Part shown: piece by piece, positions 40,319 to 49,349 of the stretch | How the letters are laid out: every line of letters starts with the position of its first letter | How positions within the stretch are numbered: position 1 is the first letter of the stretch | Program-made: the position numbers and the translations under genes | Source of the DNA: a virus | Strand: one strand, 5' to 3' | IMG/VR virus record: IMGVR_UViG_3300030521_000002 | Location: 1-64,000 of that record | Length of the DNA stretch: 64,000 nt | The notes under the pieces: model-generated | The model's input: the letters and a program-made list of their open reading frames with translations, nothing else | Database searches by the model: none | Told to the model about the DNA's origin: nothing

Positions 40319-40413
40319 AATTAGATGTAAGGCTAGACCGGCCAGTCGAAGAGTCAGCACCACACTGACCTGCCTTATATCTAATTTTGTGGGGTTACTG
40401 GTGGAGTAACTTC
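40319..40413 (+). promoter_or_regulatory. structured leader of the GIY-YIG gene (3-way junction plus RBS-sequestering hairpin)
   Basis: 15-bp stem 40319-33/40372-86 enclosing two small hairpins; gttact/agtaac hairpin covering GGAG at 40403-06. Confidence 0.6.
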
Positions 40414-40414
40414 T

Positions 40415-41372
40415 ATGCCTTCTCCCAAGGGTTGGAAATCTGGCGTTTATTGTATTCTTAATACGATTAACGGAAAAAGATACATTGGCAGTGCTGCTAG
40501 GTGTTTCAAAGGGCGATTAGCGGATCATAAGCTTAGGCTTAAAAGTAAAACACATGCTAATCGGTACCTACAAAACGCTTGGAATAAGTACGGCGAGAAG
40601 GCATTTCAATTTATGGTTATTACCGGATGTTGTCCCAGCCTTTGCATAGAGATTGAGCAGCAATACATAGACTTGTACAACTCATCCAACTCTAAGTTTG
40701 GCTACAACATCTGCCCAAGAGCCGGCAGTAGATTGGGCACCAAATTATCACCAGAGGTTTGTGCCAAATTTTCCATAATCTCCAAGGAGAAAATGAACCG
40801 CCCAGAAGTCAGAGCTAAATTATCCGCTGGGACAATAAGGGGCGATGAAGAACCCAGAACTTAGAGCTATTCTCTCAACAAAGGCCAAGAAAAGATTCCA
40901 AGACCCGGAAGCTAGAAGGAAGGCATCTAGAAAAGCAAAAGAAGTTCAGAACAAACCCGAAGTAAGGGCTAAACGGCTAGCAACTTTGAGTTTACCTGAA
41001 TACCAAGAAAAAGTTTCTAGGCTCCAAAAAGATTCTTGGAAAAACAAGTCAACGAGAGATAAAAGAATAGCGGGAATGAAGAAAGCTGTTTTAGCACCAG
41101 GATTCAAAACGAAACTTTCTATTGCATTGAAACAAGGCTGGAGAAAATGTCTTATTAGACAAGGGATTATTTTGAAGAGCCGAATCGGAGAAAGGGAGTT
41201 TACTGTTAGTGAGGTGGTAGAAGTCATGCAATACCAAAGTAGGTTTGGAGCCAGAACTCTTATTTGGAAGTTGGTCAGTTTGGGATTAGCAACATGCTTA
41301 GTGCAGCCCGTAACCAAGCATGTTGTTGGAATTTTCGGGTGGAATGAGGAAAACGAACTATGGAAAATTTAG
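40415..41372 (+). mobile_element. GIY-YIG endonuclease, frameshifted (ORFs 40415..40864 + 40845..41372)
   Basis: GVYCI..RYIGSA..YLQNAWNKYG; PEVRAK-type repeats continue across the break; removing one G from the run at 40839-42 fuses the ORFs. Confidence 0.8.
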
Positions 41373-41929
41373 GCTGCTACAGAGAGTTAGTTAAGGATGG
41401 GGATTTAGTGCTGTGCAGAATTAACGCACCGCTAGTTTCCGAGTGTTTCAAACTATTGAAATCTGGTAGGAAAGCTTCGATCCAGGGTCGTGACATTGGC
41501 CAGGGGCTTATCAAGACCATCGAGAAGATGAAAGCTAGTTCCATCGTTGACATGGTTGCCAAGCTCGATGATTGGCTACGTGCTGAGACGCTCAAGGAAC
41601 AGGCCAAGCGTAACCCCCGAGAACAGAAGACCATCAACCTAGGTGACAGGCATGATTGTCTTTGTACGTTTTGTGAGGATGCTCAGAGCGTACAAGATGT
41701 GGTTGACAAGATTACCCGGATATTCTCTGACACCACGAGCGGCGGGATTCTCCTAAGTTCCATACATCGCGCAAAAGGGAAAGAGGCATCTCGTGTTTTC
41801 CTCTTGCAACCCAAGGGGGCAGAAGTAAATCACCCCATGACAAAGACTGCTCAAGGCAAGGCCGAGAACCAAAATCTAATGTATGTGGCAATTACCAGAA
41901 GTATCCAAGAACTTATTTTTGTGAGCTAA
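41360..41929 (+). CDS. UvrD/Rep-like SF1 helicase, C-terminal part
   Basis: VLCRINAPL, SSIHRAKGKE, NLMYVAITRS; own GAGGA RBS. Confidence 0.88.
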   Translation: MENLGCYRELVKDGDLVLCRINAPLVSECFKLLKSGRKASIQGRDIGQGLIKTIEKMKASSIVDMVAKLDDWLRAETLKEQAKRNPREQKTINLGDRHDCLCTFCEDAQSVQDVVDKITRIFSDTTSGGILLSSIHRAKGKEASRVFLLQPKGAEVNHPMTKTAQGKAENQNLMYVAITRSIQELIFVS

Positions 41930-41932
41930 ACA

Positions 41933-42241
41933 ATGCCCAAGCCAATCTCCAAGAAGAAACCAACTCCACCCCCGATCAGCAAGCCCCAGGAACCTAGCCC
42001 TTACTCCAACTTGCTCCTAGCCTATGGTGATAAACCACCATTTACTCCACGCAAGGGCAAGGGCGATGTGGTTGTGGACATTAAACGTAAGTTGCAGGAG
42101 TATGTCTTCATCCTCGATAACGGAGATACCTTCACTGCTCCTACGTTGGTCAAGATTCCGGGGGATCGGATCGAAGCCAATGGGCGAGCTTATGCTGATG
42201 GCCGTGGTCAGAAGTTACGTGACAAACTTAACATGGAGTAA
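41933..42241 (+). CDS. hypothetical protein starting MPKPISKK
   Basis: ORF directly after the helicase. Confidence 0.6.
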   Translation: MPKPISKKKPTPPPISKPQEPSPYSNLLLAYGDKPPFTPRKGKGDVVVDIKRKLQEYVFILDNGDTFTAPTLVKIPGDRIEANGRAYADGRGQKLRDKLNME

Positions 42242-42573
42242 ACGATGATGATGCAAACGATCGCTAATTGGGATACGGAGTTTTCCAAACGTATCGTTGC
42301 CAGATGCCGTTCGGGAGATGCCGAAGCAGACCATTCACGTGCCGATGGGATTTTGGTTGATTTTCTCAATCTGATTGGGATGGAGAAAACAGCCAAGGCA
42401 TTTGAAGAAACCGAGAGGCAATACGATTAGCGTTAATCTAGGTAGTTTGGGAAGCACCCCATACAACCGCCTAGGATCGCCGTGGCCGCGTTGTAAGCCC
42501 TAACGTCTAGAATCACGTACCGATAATCCAAACGCATTACCGTGCAAGTGGGTGCCCTTAAATCGAGGATTCT

Positions 42574-42789
42574 ATGCCCAAGCCCATCCTATTCCGTCAC
42601 GAAGGCCCGCTAATCGTCTTTAGGGATATTTGGGCAGGGCGAATTGCCTACCGAGACCCTCCCGTGCATGGGGAGCAACTTGTAGAGATAGAGAGCTACG
42701 CCGAAGCCAGAACCCACGCTGCTCAGCTAGGCTACAAAGGAATCAGTGTTGTGTTTGAAACCCTAACCCAAGGAGTGAGCGATGTATAA
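42574..42789 (+). CDS. hypothetical protein starting MPKPILF
   Basis: GAGGA RBS. Confidence 0.6.
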   Translation: MPKPILFRHEGPLIVFRDIWAGRIAYRDPPVHGEQLVEIESYAEARTHAAQLGYKGISVVFETLTQGVSDV

Positions 42790-43144
42790 GAGCTTTTTAG
42801 TAACCCTGCAGATGCCAGACGGAGTTGATGTTGAGCAAATGTCGGAGTATATCCAAGAGGCGGTTGGGATTTATGCCAATGTCTATTGCCCGGAATTTAA
42901 GCTCAAGCTTGACGCTAGGAGTATCGCTTGCCGAGAGTACATTGACAGTGATTACATCAACTTCAATGCGATTGCTCGGGAAGCAATGAATGGTCTCTTA
43001 GCTGCTTGGACTTACCAAATATCTGATGTTGAACCTAAATGGGTAGCAGCGAGAGCCTACGAATGTGCCGTTGCTATGGAAAAAGAACGTAAGCGACTAT
43101 TAGAAGCCACCACCCCGGCAGACGCTACCGGAGCTAGCGAATAG
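42782..43144 (+). CDS. hypothetical protein
   Basis: AAGGAG RBS; followed by the hairpin agccaccacccc/ggggtggtggct. Confidence 0.55.
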   Translation: MYKSFLVTLQMPDGVDVEQMSEYIQEAVGIYANVYCPEFKLKLDARSIACREYIDSDYINFNAIAREAMNGLLAAWTYQISDVEPKWVAARAYECAVAMEKERKRLLEATTPADATGASE

Positions 43145-43355
43145 CGTTGAATGGCTCGGGGTGGTGGCTATTTCAAAGGCTTGAGGATCGGTTATAATTG
43201 CGGGAGTCTAAGGCCACGTGCCCGATAAGGGCAGTCACCTAAATTTGGTGTTCCATTAACCCCAGGAGTTTTTATGAGAGTCAGTTTGGTTAGTGTGTAA
43301 ATAAGACGGATAGGGTGAAAGCCATTAGAAGAATAAGCCCAGCTAGTTGTAATGA

Positions 43356-44108
43356 TTAGCTGGGCTTTGTTGTTTCTATATGCTCTTGATAGGCATTCTT
43401 AATCTTCCTCCGCTCTTTGTTCCAACCCTTGTAATCGTGAAAGGCTTGCATCTGTACTTGCCTTTCCTCTGCCCCCTCGATTAGTTCTCCATCGAGTCTA
43501 GGACTTATGCGCCCGTGCCAATCGCGGTCGCGTGGACCTAGGTGCAGCACATCGAACAAGGGCCTAATCTTGTCTTGCTCTTTCCACTTCGATTGGAATA
43601 GCCCATCAGCCCCACCCGCATGATTGAACATCGGGCTATACCAAAGCTTGTTGGTTAGTACGGGATCATCGGCATGGAACAGTTGGAAGTAACCTTGGAA
43701 AGCTTTATCGTGACTGGGAACGGCTAACTCCCAATCGAAACCATGATGCCAGCGAGTAGGGTCACTGAGGATTCTACGCCGTGGGGAGTATAGTTTGCCA
43801 ATCTCCAACTTGGGTAAGTTCATTGGGTTAGGGAAGAGGATATCGGCATCCCAGATCAGTATCCAACCTGATTGACCTAGCTCAGTCAGACCTTCTTGCA
43901 AGGCACACCCCTTATTAAACGCCGCTCCGCTGCGATAAAAAGCATCAGTTACATAACAACGAGCATGGGGGATAGTCTTGACCAACTCTTGCGTTCTCAA
44001 ATCTTGGGGGCTAGTAACGACAAGGCATTCCTCCAAGTGACAGATGTTTCTATGGAGGGTTACAGCAAGAAGATCATCAAATTGAACGCTGACTACAATG
44101 CCTCGCAC
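43356..44108 (-). CDS. GT-A fold glycosyltransferase
   Basis: FNKG, WILIWDADILF (DxD), GYFQLF; GTG start after GGAG. Confidence 0.75.
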   Translation of the reverse strand: MRGIVVSVQFDDLLAVTLHRNICHLEECLVVTSPQDLRTQELVKTIPHARCYVTDAFYRSGAAFNKGCALQEGLTELGQSGWILIWDADILFPNPMNLPKLEIGKLYSPRRRILSDPTRWHHGFDWELAVPSHDKAFQGYFQLFHADDPVLTNKLWYSPMFNHAGGADGLFQSKWKEQDKIRPLFDVLHLGPRDRDWHGRISPRLDGELIEGAEERQVQMQAFHDYKGWNKERRKIKNAYQEHIETTKPS

Positions 44109-45136
44109 AAATACTCCCGTTTGAGGTTGGGCAATAACACTTGCCAAGGGTAGAGAGCAAGGCCCCTGATAGATCGGCCATACATCTGCGTGTGGGGGAG
44201 TTCTACGTCTTCCCAGCGTTCCTCGAAGATGGCATTCAAGGATTCCCAACGCTTGATTGCGCCTTGGTTCTTCGTTACCTGATCGTCCCATTTATTTCTC
44301 TGGGTAGAACACAGGGCTTCTAAACGACGCTGAGCCGCTTCCCTGGATCGTATCGGGGCGTGGAACAAGGTAATATCGAAGTGAGGCTCGAAGATGGAAT
44401 GTTTAGTCAGTCTCTCCTGGAGAATAGGGGAGCCGGTTTGTTTGAGCGGGGAATCATTAGGAACAGTTACTGTATGATTACCGCGATTGTGGGCAATATC
44501 CCTTTGTCCATTCAAGAGCCTAATCAATGGATGCTTCCAGTGGCCGCAATTAGTTCCCTCAATCATGCCCCCACGTCGCCATACCCCATGCGTCATACAT
44601 AAAGCAGGATGACCGGCAGTGTAGTGTTGATCCTTGGTAGGGTATAAATCCACCGAGTCACAACCCACCATCCTAATCTCGGGTGGTAATCCCCTGATGG
44701 TTTCGATGATCGTTCTTCCATCCTTACCAGTAGGGAATTCATCACTATCCAATACCATCCACCAAAGATCAGATTCTTGCCTCAGTGTAGTTTCAGATAA
44801 GATCAGCTCGTTCTGGAGGTGGATACGCAAATCCTCATCGTACACCTCTGTCTTATATTCCTTGGCTAAGATCGCCCCCGCCTTTTGGGCAAGTTCAATC
44901 GTGTTATCAGGACTGGTATTATCCAAGAGGAAGACTCTGGAAGCACCTTGGGCAAAACAGTTCTTGATATTAGCTTCGATAATGTCAGCGTCGTACCAAG
45001 ACGAGACAATCGCGTAGAGCTTAGGGGGGCTGGCTTCCTGATCTTGCTCTACCTGTTTGGGATTGGGGAGGATGCTGCGCCAATTGGGAGGAGCCCCACC
45101 ATTGAGTTCTTTATGCCTGGTAAGTCCCTCACTCAT
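44093..45136 (-). CDS. GT2-like glycosyltransferase
   Basis: LLDNTSPDNT, WWMVLDSDEF, RGNH. Confidence 0.8.
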   Translation of the reverse strand: MSEGLTRHKELNGGAPPNWRSILPNPKQVEQDQEASPPKLYAIVSSWYDADIIEANIKNCFAQGASRVFLLDNTSPDNTIELAQKAGAILAKEYKTEVYDEDLRIHLQNELILSETTLRQESDLWWMVLDSDEFPTGKDGRTIIETIRGLPPEIRMVGCDSVDLYPTKDQHYTAGHPALCMTHGVWRRGGMIEGTNCGHWKHPLIRLLNGQRDIAHNRGNHTVTVPNDSPLKQTGSPILQERLTKHSIFEPHFDITLFHAPIRSREAAQRRLEALCSTQRNKWDDQVTKNQGAIKRWESLNAIFEERWEDVELPHTQMYGRSIRGLALYPWQVLLPNLKREYLCEAL

Positions 45137-45624
45137 TGCTTGACTCCCTTGACAACCGTCTCTCGGTAAGCATTCCGCAAGAAAGGTGCCCACAACTCAA
45201 AGTCCACTGAGTTACGGCAGAATTCCAGACAAGCAGGGTTGGGAACTTCCTCAATTCTTTCAATCACAAGACCATCTTTGGCAGTCCAACCCTGATCACG
45301 AACAGACCGCCAAAAGTGTGGGGTCATCACGTGGATATGGCCGTGGATCATCGAGTCATCATGGGAAGGGTGTGGCATCCGTAACTCAAACTTCCCAGTG
45401 GGCATTAATAGCCTACCAATCTCTTGCAAGACCTGTCGCCACTCTTCCACGCCAAGATGCTCTAAGACGTGGCTGCATAGCACATAATCAGCACAACCTG
45501 ATTCTAGTTCCACAATTCTGGTACGGATATCTGAGAGGATATCTGGCTCATTAGCTGGCCACATATCCACACCGAGGAAACCCTCGCGCTTATTGGTTCC
45601 ACAACCTAAATCAATTTGTAGCAT
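45133..45624 (-). CDS. class I SAM-dependent methyltransferase
   Basis: IDLGCG, SHVLEHL, RLLMPTG. Confidence 0.88.
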   Translation of the reverse strand: MLQIDLGCGTNKREGFLGVDMWPANEPDILSDIRTRIVELESGCADYVLCSHVLEHLGVEEWRQVLQEIGRLLMPTGKFELRMPHPSHDDSMIHGHIHVMTPHFWRSVRDQGWTAKDGLVIERIEEVPNPACLEFCRNSVDFELWAPFLRNAYRETVVKGVKQ

Positions 45625-46605
45625 TCAACCCCCCGGAGTGTGACAGCGAAGGCAGATAAAACCATCTTCACATTTCTTTCTGCCAGATACTTTTTCTACG
45701 AGATCGCGATAAACGGGGCCATGAAAATACTCCAGCAGTGATGTGTCTTTAATGTTTGGAAGAATCACCTCTTTATGATAATCCATGCAACACAGCCTAA
45801 TTGCTCCATCCCAACCAAAGTGTAACCACTCGTCAATTCTAGGGCAGTGGAAAGGGTGTTCTGGGTCGATCTTTCTAACCACACCCATGTTGAGCTGATT
45901 AGCGCCCCGCTCGCTTCTGTGTAGAGTCCCCGCCCTATCGTGAAAGTGGAAGGCATCAATACTGACGTTATCCATATTAAGCTGGTGGTCTACGGTTAGC
46001 TTCTTCCAGTATTCCAGGTATTGCTCTCGACTGAAATACACGTGTTTCTTGTCAAAACTAGTTCCAGCACCCCTAATTTTGATGATGAACTTACTATTAG
46101 AAGCCTTTATCAGATAAATCAGGTTCTCCAAAGACTTTTCGTAGTCCAACTCCATAATGTGCTCAAACGTCTGTTTATCAATGCCATGATGACTTACCCA
46201 TAGGTCATGTCTTTTACCCGAGAAGCACTCGAATAGCTTAGTAACAACCGATTCGGTTAAAGCCGTACCATTGGTACTAACCTCGACGCACGTCTTTGGA
46301 AAGTACCTGTAAATATCATTGATCTTCTGAAAGATGGTTTTATCGATGAGAGGCTCTTGCATTAAATATGGAATCATTTTCCCATTGTTAATGGTGCCGC
46401 TAAATGGGACTAAATTCCTGAGTATCAATTGCCAAGTTTCATCGGTCATCTTACCGGGATTGGCATGGTGGTCAGACTCAATCCAGGGGCAAAATAGACA
46501 CGAGGCATTACAGCGACTATGCGTCTGTATCTGCACATACTTAATCTCTGGCAACCAACCATAACGAGGTAGTACCAGAAGTTTCTTATTCGCTTGCTTT
46601 AGCAC
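45625..46605 (-). CDS. radical SAM protein with SPASM/twitch domain
   Basis: CNASCLFC, QEPL, STNG; C-terminal CP...LCCMD...CLRC. Confidence 0.9.
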   Translation of the reverse strand: MLKQANKKLLVLPRYGWLPEIKYVQIQTHSRCNASCLFCPWIESDHHANPGKMTDETWQLILRNLVPFSGTINNGKMIPYLMQEPLIDKTIFQKINDIYRYFPKTCVEVSTNGTALTESVVTKLFECFSGKRHDLWVSHHGIDKQTFEHIMELDYEKSLENLIYLIKASNSKFIIKIRGAGTSFDKKHVYFSREQYLEYWKKLTVDHQLNMDNVSIDAFHFHDRAGTLHRSERGANQLNMGVVRKIDPEHPFHCPRIDEWLHFGWDGAIRLCCMDYHKEVILPNIKDTSLLEYFHGPVYRDLVEKVSGRKKCEDGFICLRCHTPGG

Positions 46606-48275
46606 GCTACACCATTCCTTACGAGTTCAGTAAATTGTTCAGCATGTTTATTCCAGCTTCTCGACTCGGCCCATTCCCTAGCTGCTTGACTCTCTTGGAG
46701 GATTGGTTTGCCTAACAGTCCCTTGCAAATATCCACCAAAGCTTGAGGATCAGGTAAGTACCAATCCACTGGCCGCTTTACCTTGCGTTGTTCAATCTTG
46801 GCGGGAAGCTTGGCTATCGAGGGGATTTCATTCCAAGGTTGCCCATCCGTGGTAATCACTGGCATCCCACAAGACATAGCTTCCATTGGTTCCAAGCCTA
46901 GGCCATCGACGGAGTGAGGACAGATAAGAACATCCCCCTCATTGTACAAATCGCTGTTCTCGGCAATCTTGTTTTCTGCTTGTTGCGTGTGTGAGACTAA
47001 GGGAAACTCTGGCCAAATCTTGAGGGCGTCTTGGATAACTTGCATTCCCTTGCGCCCATTGAAGCCACCATGCCCAGCTAAGAACAGAAACTTGTTGCAT
47101 GTAGCCCTAGGTTTGAATTGGAAGCGTTCTACATCGACGGGCCAAGGAAAGTACACGCACGGAACGACATGGGCAAATTGGTCGTAGCAGTGTTTGGTAG
47201 GGCAGATAAAAAGATCAACCTCTGTGGGCCATCCCTTGGCCCCAGCTGGCATCCATTCCATCATCGGCACACAAACGACCCGTTTGTTCTGCGACTTAGC
47301 CAAGGGGATTAGGTGGTTGTAGTAAGGGGTTTCACAAAATAATACTGTGTCCATCCCTTGGAGAAACTTCGTCAGCTTAGTCATTGCGCCTTCTGGGCAA
47401 ACCCAAGTATCCACCAAAGGCAGGGGATTCTTCATCGGTTCGTGATTGTGAGGCTTGACTAGCCACTTATCAATTTCGGCATAAGTCGCGATTTGGCGGT
47501 TGAGTTCCCCGAGCCCGGTGTTGCAATGATATCCTACAAGCCCTATACGCTTCGTAGGACGCGAGCTAGGAGATTTCGGGATATTAGCCGCCCTAGGTTC
47601 CAAGAGCGTTAGGGCGTCGAATTCGGCCCCTAAATAGGTGCTAGCAATTGGAAAGGGAGCGTGGCCCATCGAGCTATTCCCGTTCCCCGTATGTTGGATC
47701 AAGCTCGGATTATGCACGTACTCAAACCAACCCGCGTCTTTCATGGCTGTTACTATCCCGCCATCGATTGAACAATGCCCTCGTTTGGCATCCAAGGGGC
47801 GGTTGACCATGTGGGGCTGGGCTAACAAGGTTCTCAGGGCTTCATTGGAGAATACTAAACCTACTGCTCCCTTACCATCTTGGTTGGATAAGTACCAACC
47901 TTTTTTGGGCTTCTCATTCTCTGGAAAGCAAAGAAGATTTAAGTAGCCCTTGGCAGGATACTCACACTTCTCAAGATACTCTTTGAGGTTAGTACAAGCT
48001 TCAAGGTCATCTTGAAATATCACAAATCTGTCAGCCTTGGGATTCCTGAGGTAGAGTTCCCAAGCGGCCATAACCCAATTGCCAAAGGTTCTTAGCCGGG
48101 CAAACCTAAAAGTCTTGGTATATGGGTGGAGGTATTCTGGAACGACGTCTTTGATTTCTCCGTCTATAAACAAGTGAGGATTCTCAAACCCTGCCTTGGC
48201 CAAGGATTCCAGGGTCTTGGGGAGTAAATCCCCGAACCGAGAAGGAACAGTGGTCACAGCCGTTGCCCAGATCAT
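46599..48275 (-). CDS. two-domain glycosyltransferase (GT-A-like N-terminus + GT4/GT-B C-terminus)
   Basis: FQDDL and HNPSLIQH in the N-half; TGLG, RKG, DGLGLEPMEAMSCGMPVIT in the C-half. Confidence 0.8.
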   Translation of the reverse strand: MIWATAVTTVPSRFGDLLPKTLESLAKAGFENPHLFIDGEIKDVVPEYLHPYTKTFRFARLRTFGNWVMAAWELYLRNPKADRFVIFQDDLEACTNLKEYLEKCEYPAKGYLNLLCFPENEKPKKGWYLSNQDGKGAVGLVFSNEALRTLLAQPHMVNRPLDAKRGHCSIDGGIVTAMKDAGWFEYVHNPSLIQHTGNGNSSMGHAPFPIASTYLGAEFDALTLLEPRAANIPKSPSSRPTKRIGLVGYHCNTGLGELNRQIATYAEIDKWLVKPHNHEPMKNPLPLVDTWVCPEGAMTKLTKFLQGMDTVLFCETPYYNHLIPLAKSQNKRVVCVPMMEWMPAGAKGWPTEVDLFICPTKHCYDQFAHVVPCVYFPWPVDVERFQFKPRATCNKFLFLAGHGGFNGRKGMQVIQDALKIWPEFPLVSHTQQAENKIAENSDLYNEGDVLICPHSVDGLGLEPMEAMSCGMPVITTDGQPWNEIPSIAKLPAKIEQRKVKRPVDWYLPDPQALVDICKGLLGKPILQESQAAREWAESRSWNKHAEQFTELVRNGVAC

Positions 48276-48670
48276 ACTTCTGCTTTCCACTTGCCAATAG
48301 GACATTCTTCTGTAGCCATTGCTATTTTTTCCCTTAGATGGCAGCCACAAATCCCACAAGTTGGAGTAACCGAGTCTCTAAAATGTTCACACCCTTTGCA
48401 TATTAAAAGTAGGATTTTCTCTACGAGTTCAGGACTGCGATTTGGCATTCCGGCTAACATCCACTTAGCATTTGCTTTTGAGTATCTAATTCCTTTAACT
48501 AGAATGTTTGGTTTGTCAGTCTCTTCAAAGTTTGGACTTGTAAAGCAAGTATGTGTGAGGCATGACTCGGATACTTTGAGGGAATAAGAAATCCTGCATA
48601 CAGGGCATTCAAAACGATAATTTCCAGTTGGAAGCAAAGTTCCGACTAACTTTTGCGTTGTCTTTATCAT
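48272..48670 (-). CDS. Cys-rich hypothetical protein
   Basis: CKGCEHF..CGICGC..ECPIGKW. Confidence 0.6.
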   Translation of the reverse strand: MIKTTQKLVGTLLPTGNYRFECPVCRISYSLKVSESCLTHTCFTSPNFEETDKPNILVKGIRYSKANAKWMLAGMPNRSPELVEKILLLICKGCEHFRDSVTPTCGICGCHLREKIAMATEECPIGKWKAEV

Positions 48671-49347
48671 ATAAACCCAGCAAATCTAAAGGTTGCTGGC
48701 CCGGATACACCATTGCACTGTCTGTGAGGATCGCTTGATCCTTGTTCTTCTTTCCAAGGAATAAGAGTTCCTGGCAAGGTTGTACAATCTAGTGGAGTTG
48801 TAATATCCCCTTCCCAAACACCAACCCATTGAAATCCGGTATCTCTTTCGTCTACCTCAACAATCCCAGAGAATGTACTACCTCCCAAGCTAAATTGGAC
48901 AAATAGATCACAAGTTTTCCCGCAAATTTCGACTTCATCAATCAGCGACCAAGCACAAGCGGGAGTAAGGGGATCATAGTTGAAATCTGGTAGCTCGTAA
49001 GAACGGTTGAGGACGGAACACTCACAGAGTCGATCGGCAATTCCAGAAACTGTTACAATTGCTTTATTGGGGACTGACCCGGTGGAACAAATATCGCAAG
49101 TAGCTAACGTAAAACAATCACTACAGTCTTCTAGCACTTCCGAAATAGAAACTTCTTCAGCTACCTCACAATTCTCTGGGCTAAGTTCCCTAGCTCCAAC
49201 CCCGTAACAAATGCCGGCGATTCTCACAACTGCGCCAACATGAGCAGACATATCTGAAATTGTCCATAGAATACTTCCATCGCTACAACTAGTTAGTGGG
49301 TAGCAACAGCATTGATCGCATGGCGGACCTAGGTTAAAAGTTCCCAT
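48667..49347 (-). CDS. Cys-rich tail-region protein
   Basis: many Cys; follows the tail genes. Confidence 0.55.
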   Translation of the reverse strand: MGTFNLGPPCDQCCCYPLTSCSDGSILWTISDMSAHVGAVVRIAGICYGVGARELSPENCEVAEEVSISEVLEDCSDCFTLATCDICSTGSVPNKAIVTVSGIADRLCECSVLNRSYELPDFNYDPLTPACAWSLIDEVEICGKTCDLFVQFSLGGSTFSGIVEVDERDTGFQWVGVWEGDITTPLDCTTLPGTLIPWKEEQGSSDPHRQCNGVSGPATFRFAGFI

Positions 49348-49349
49348 GT

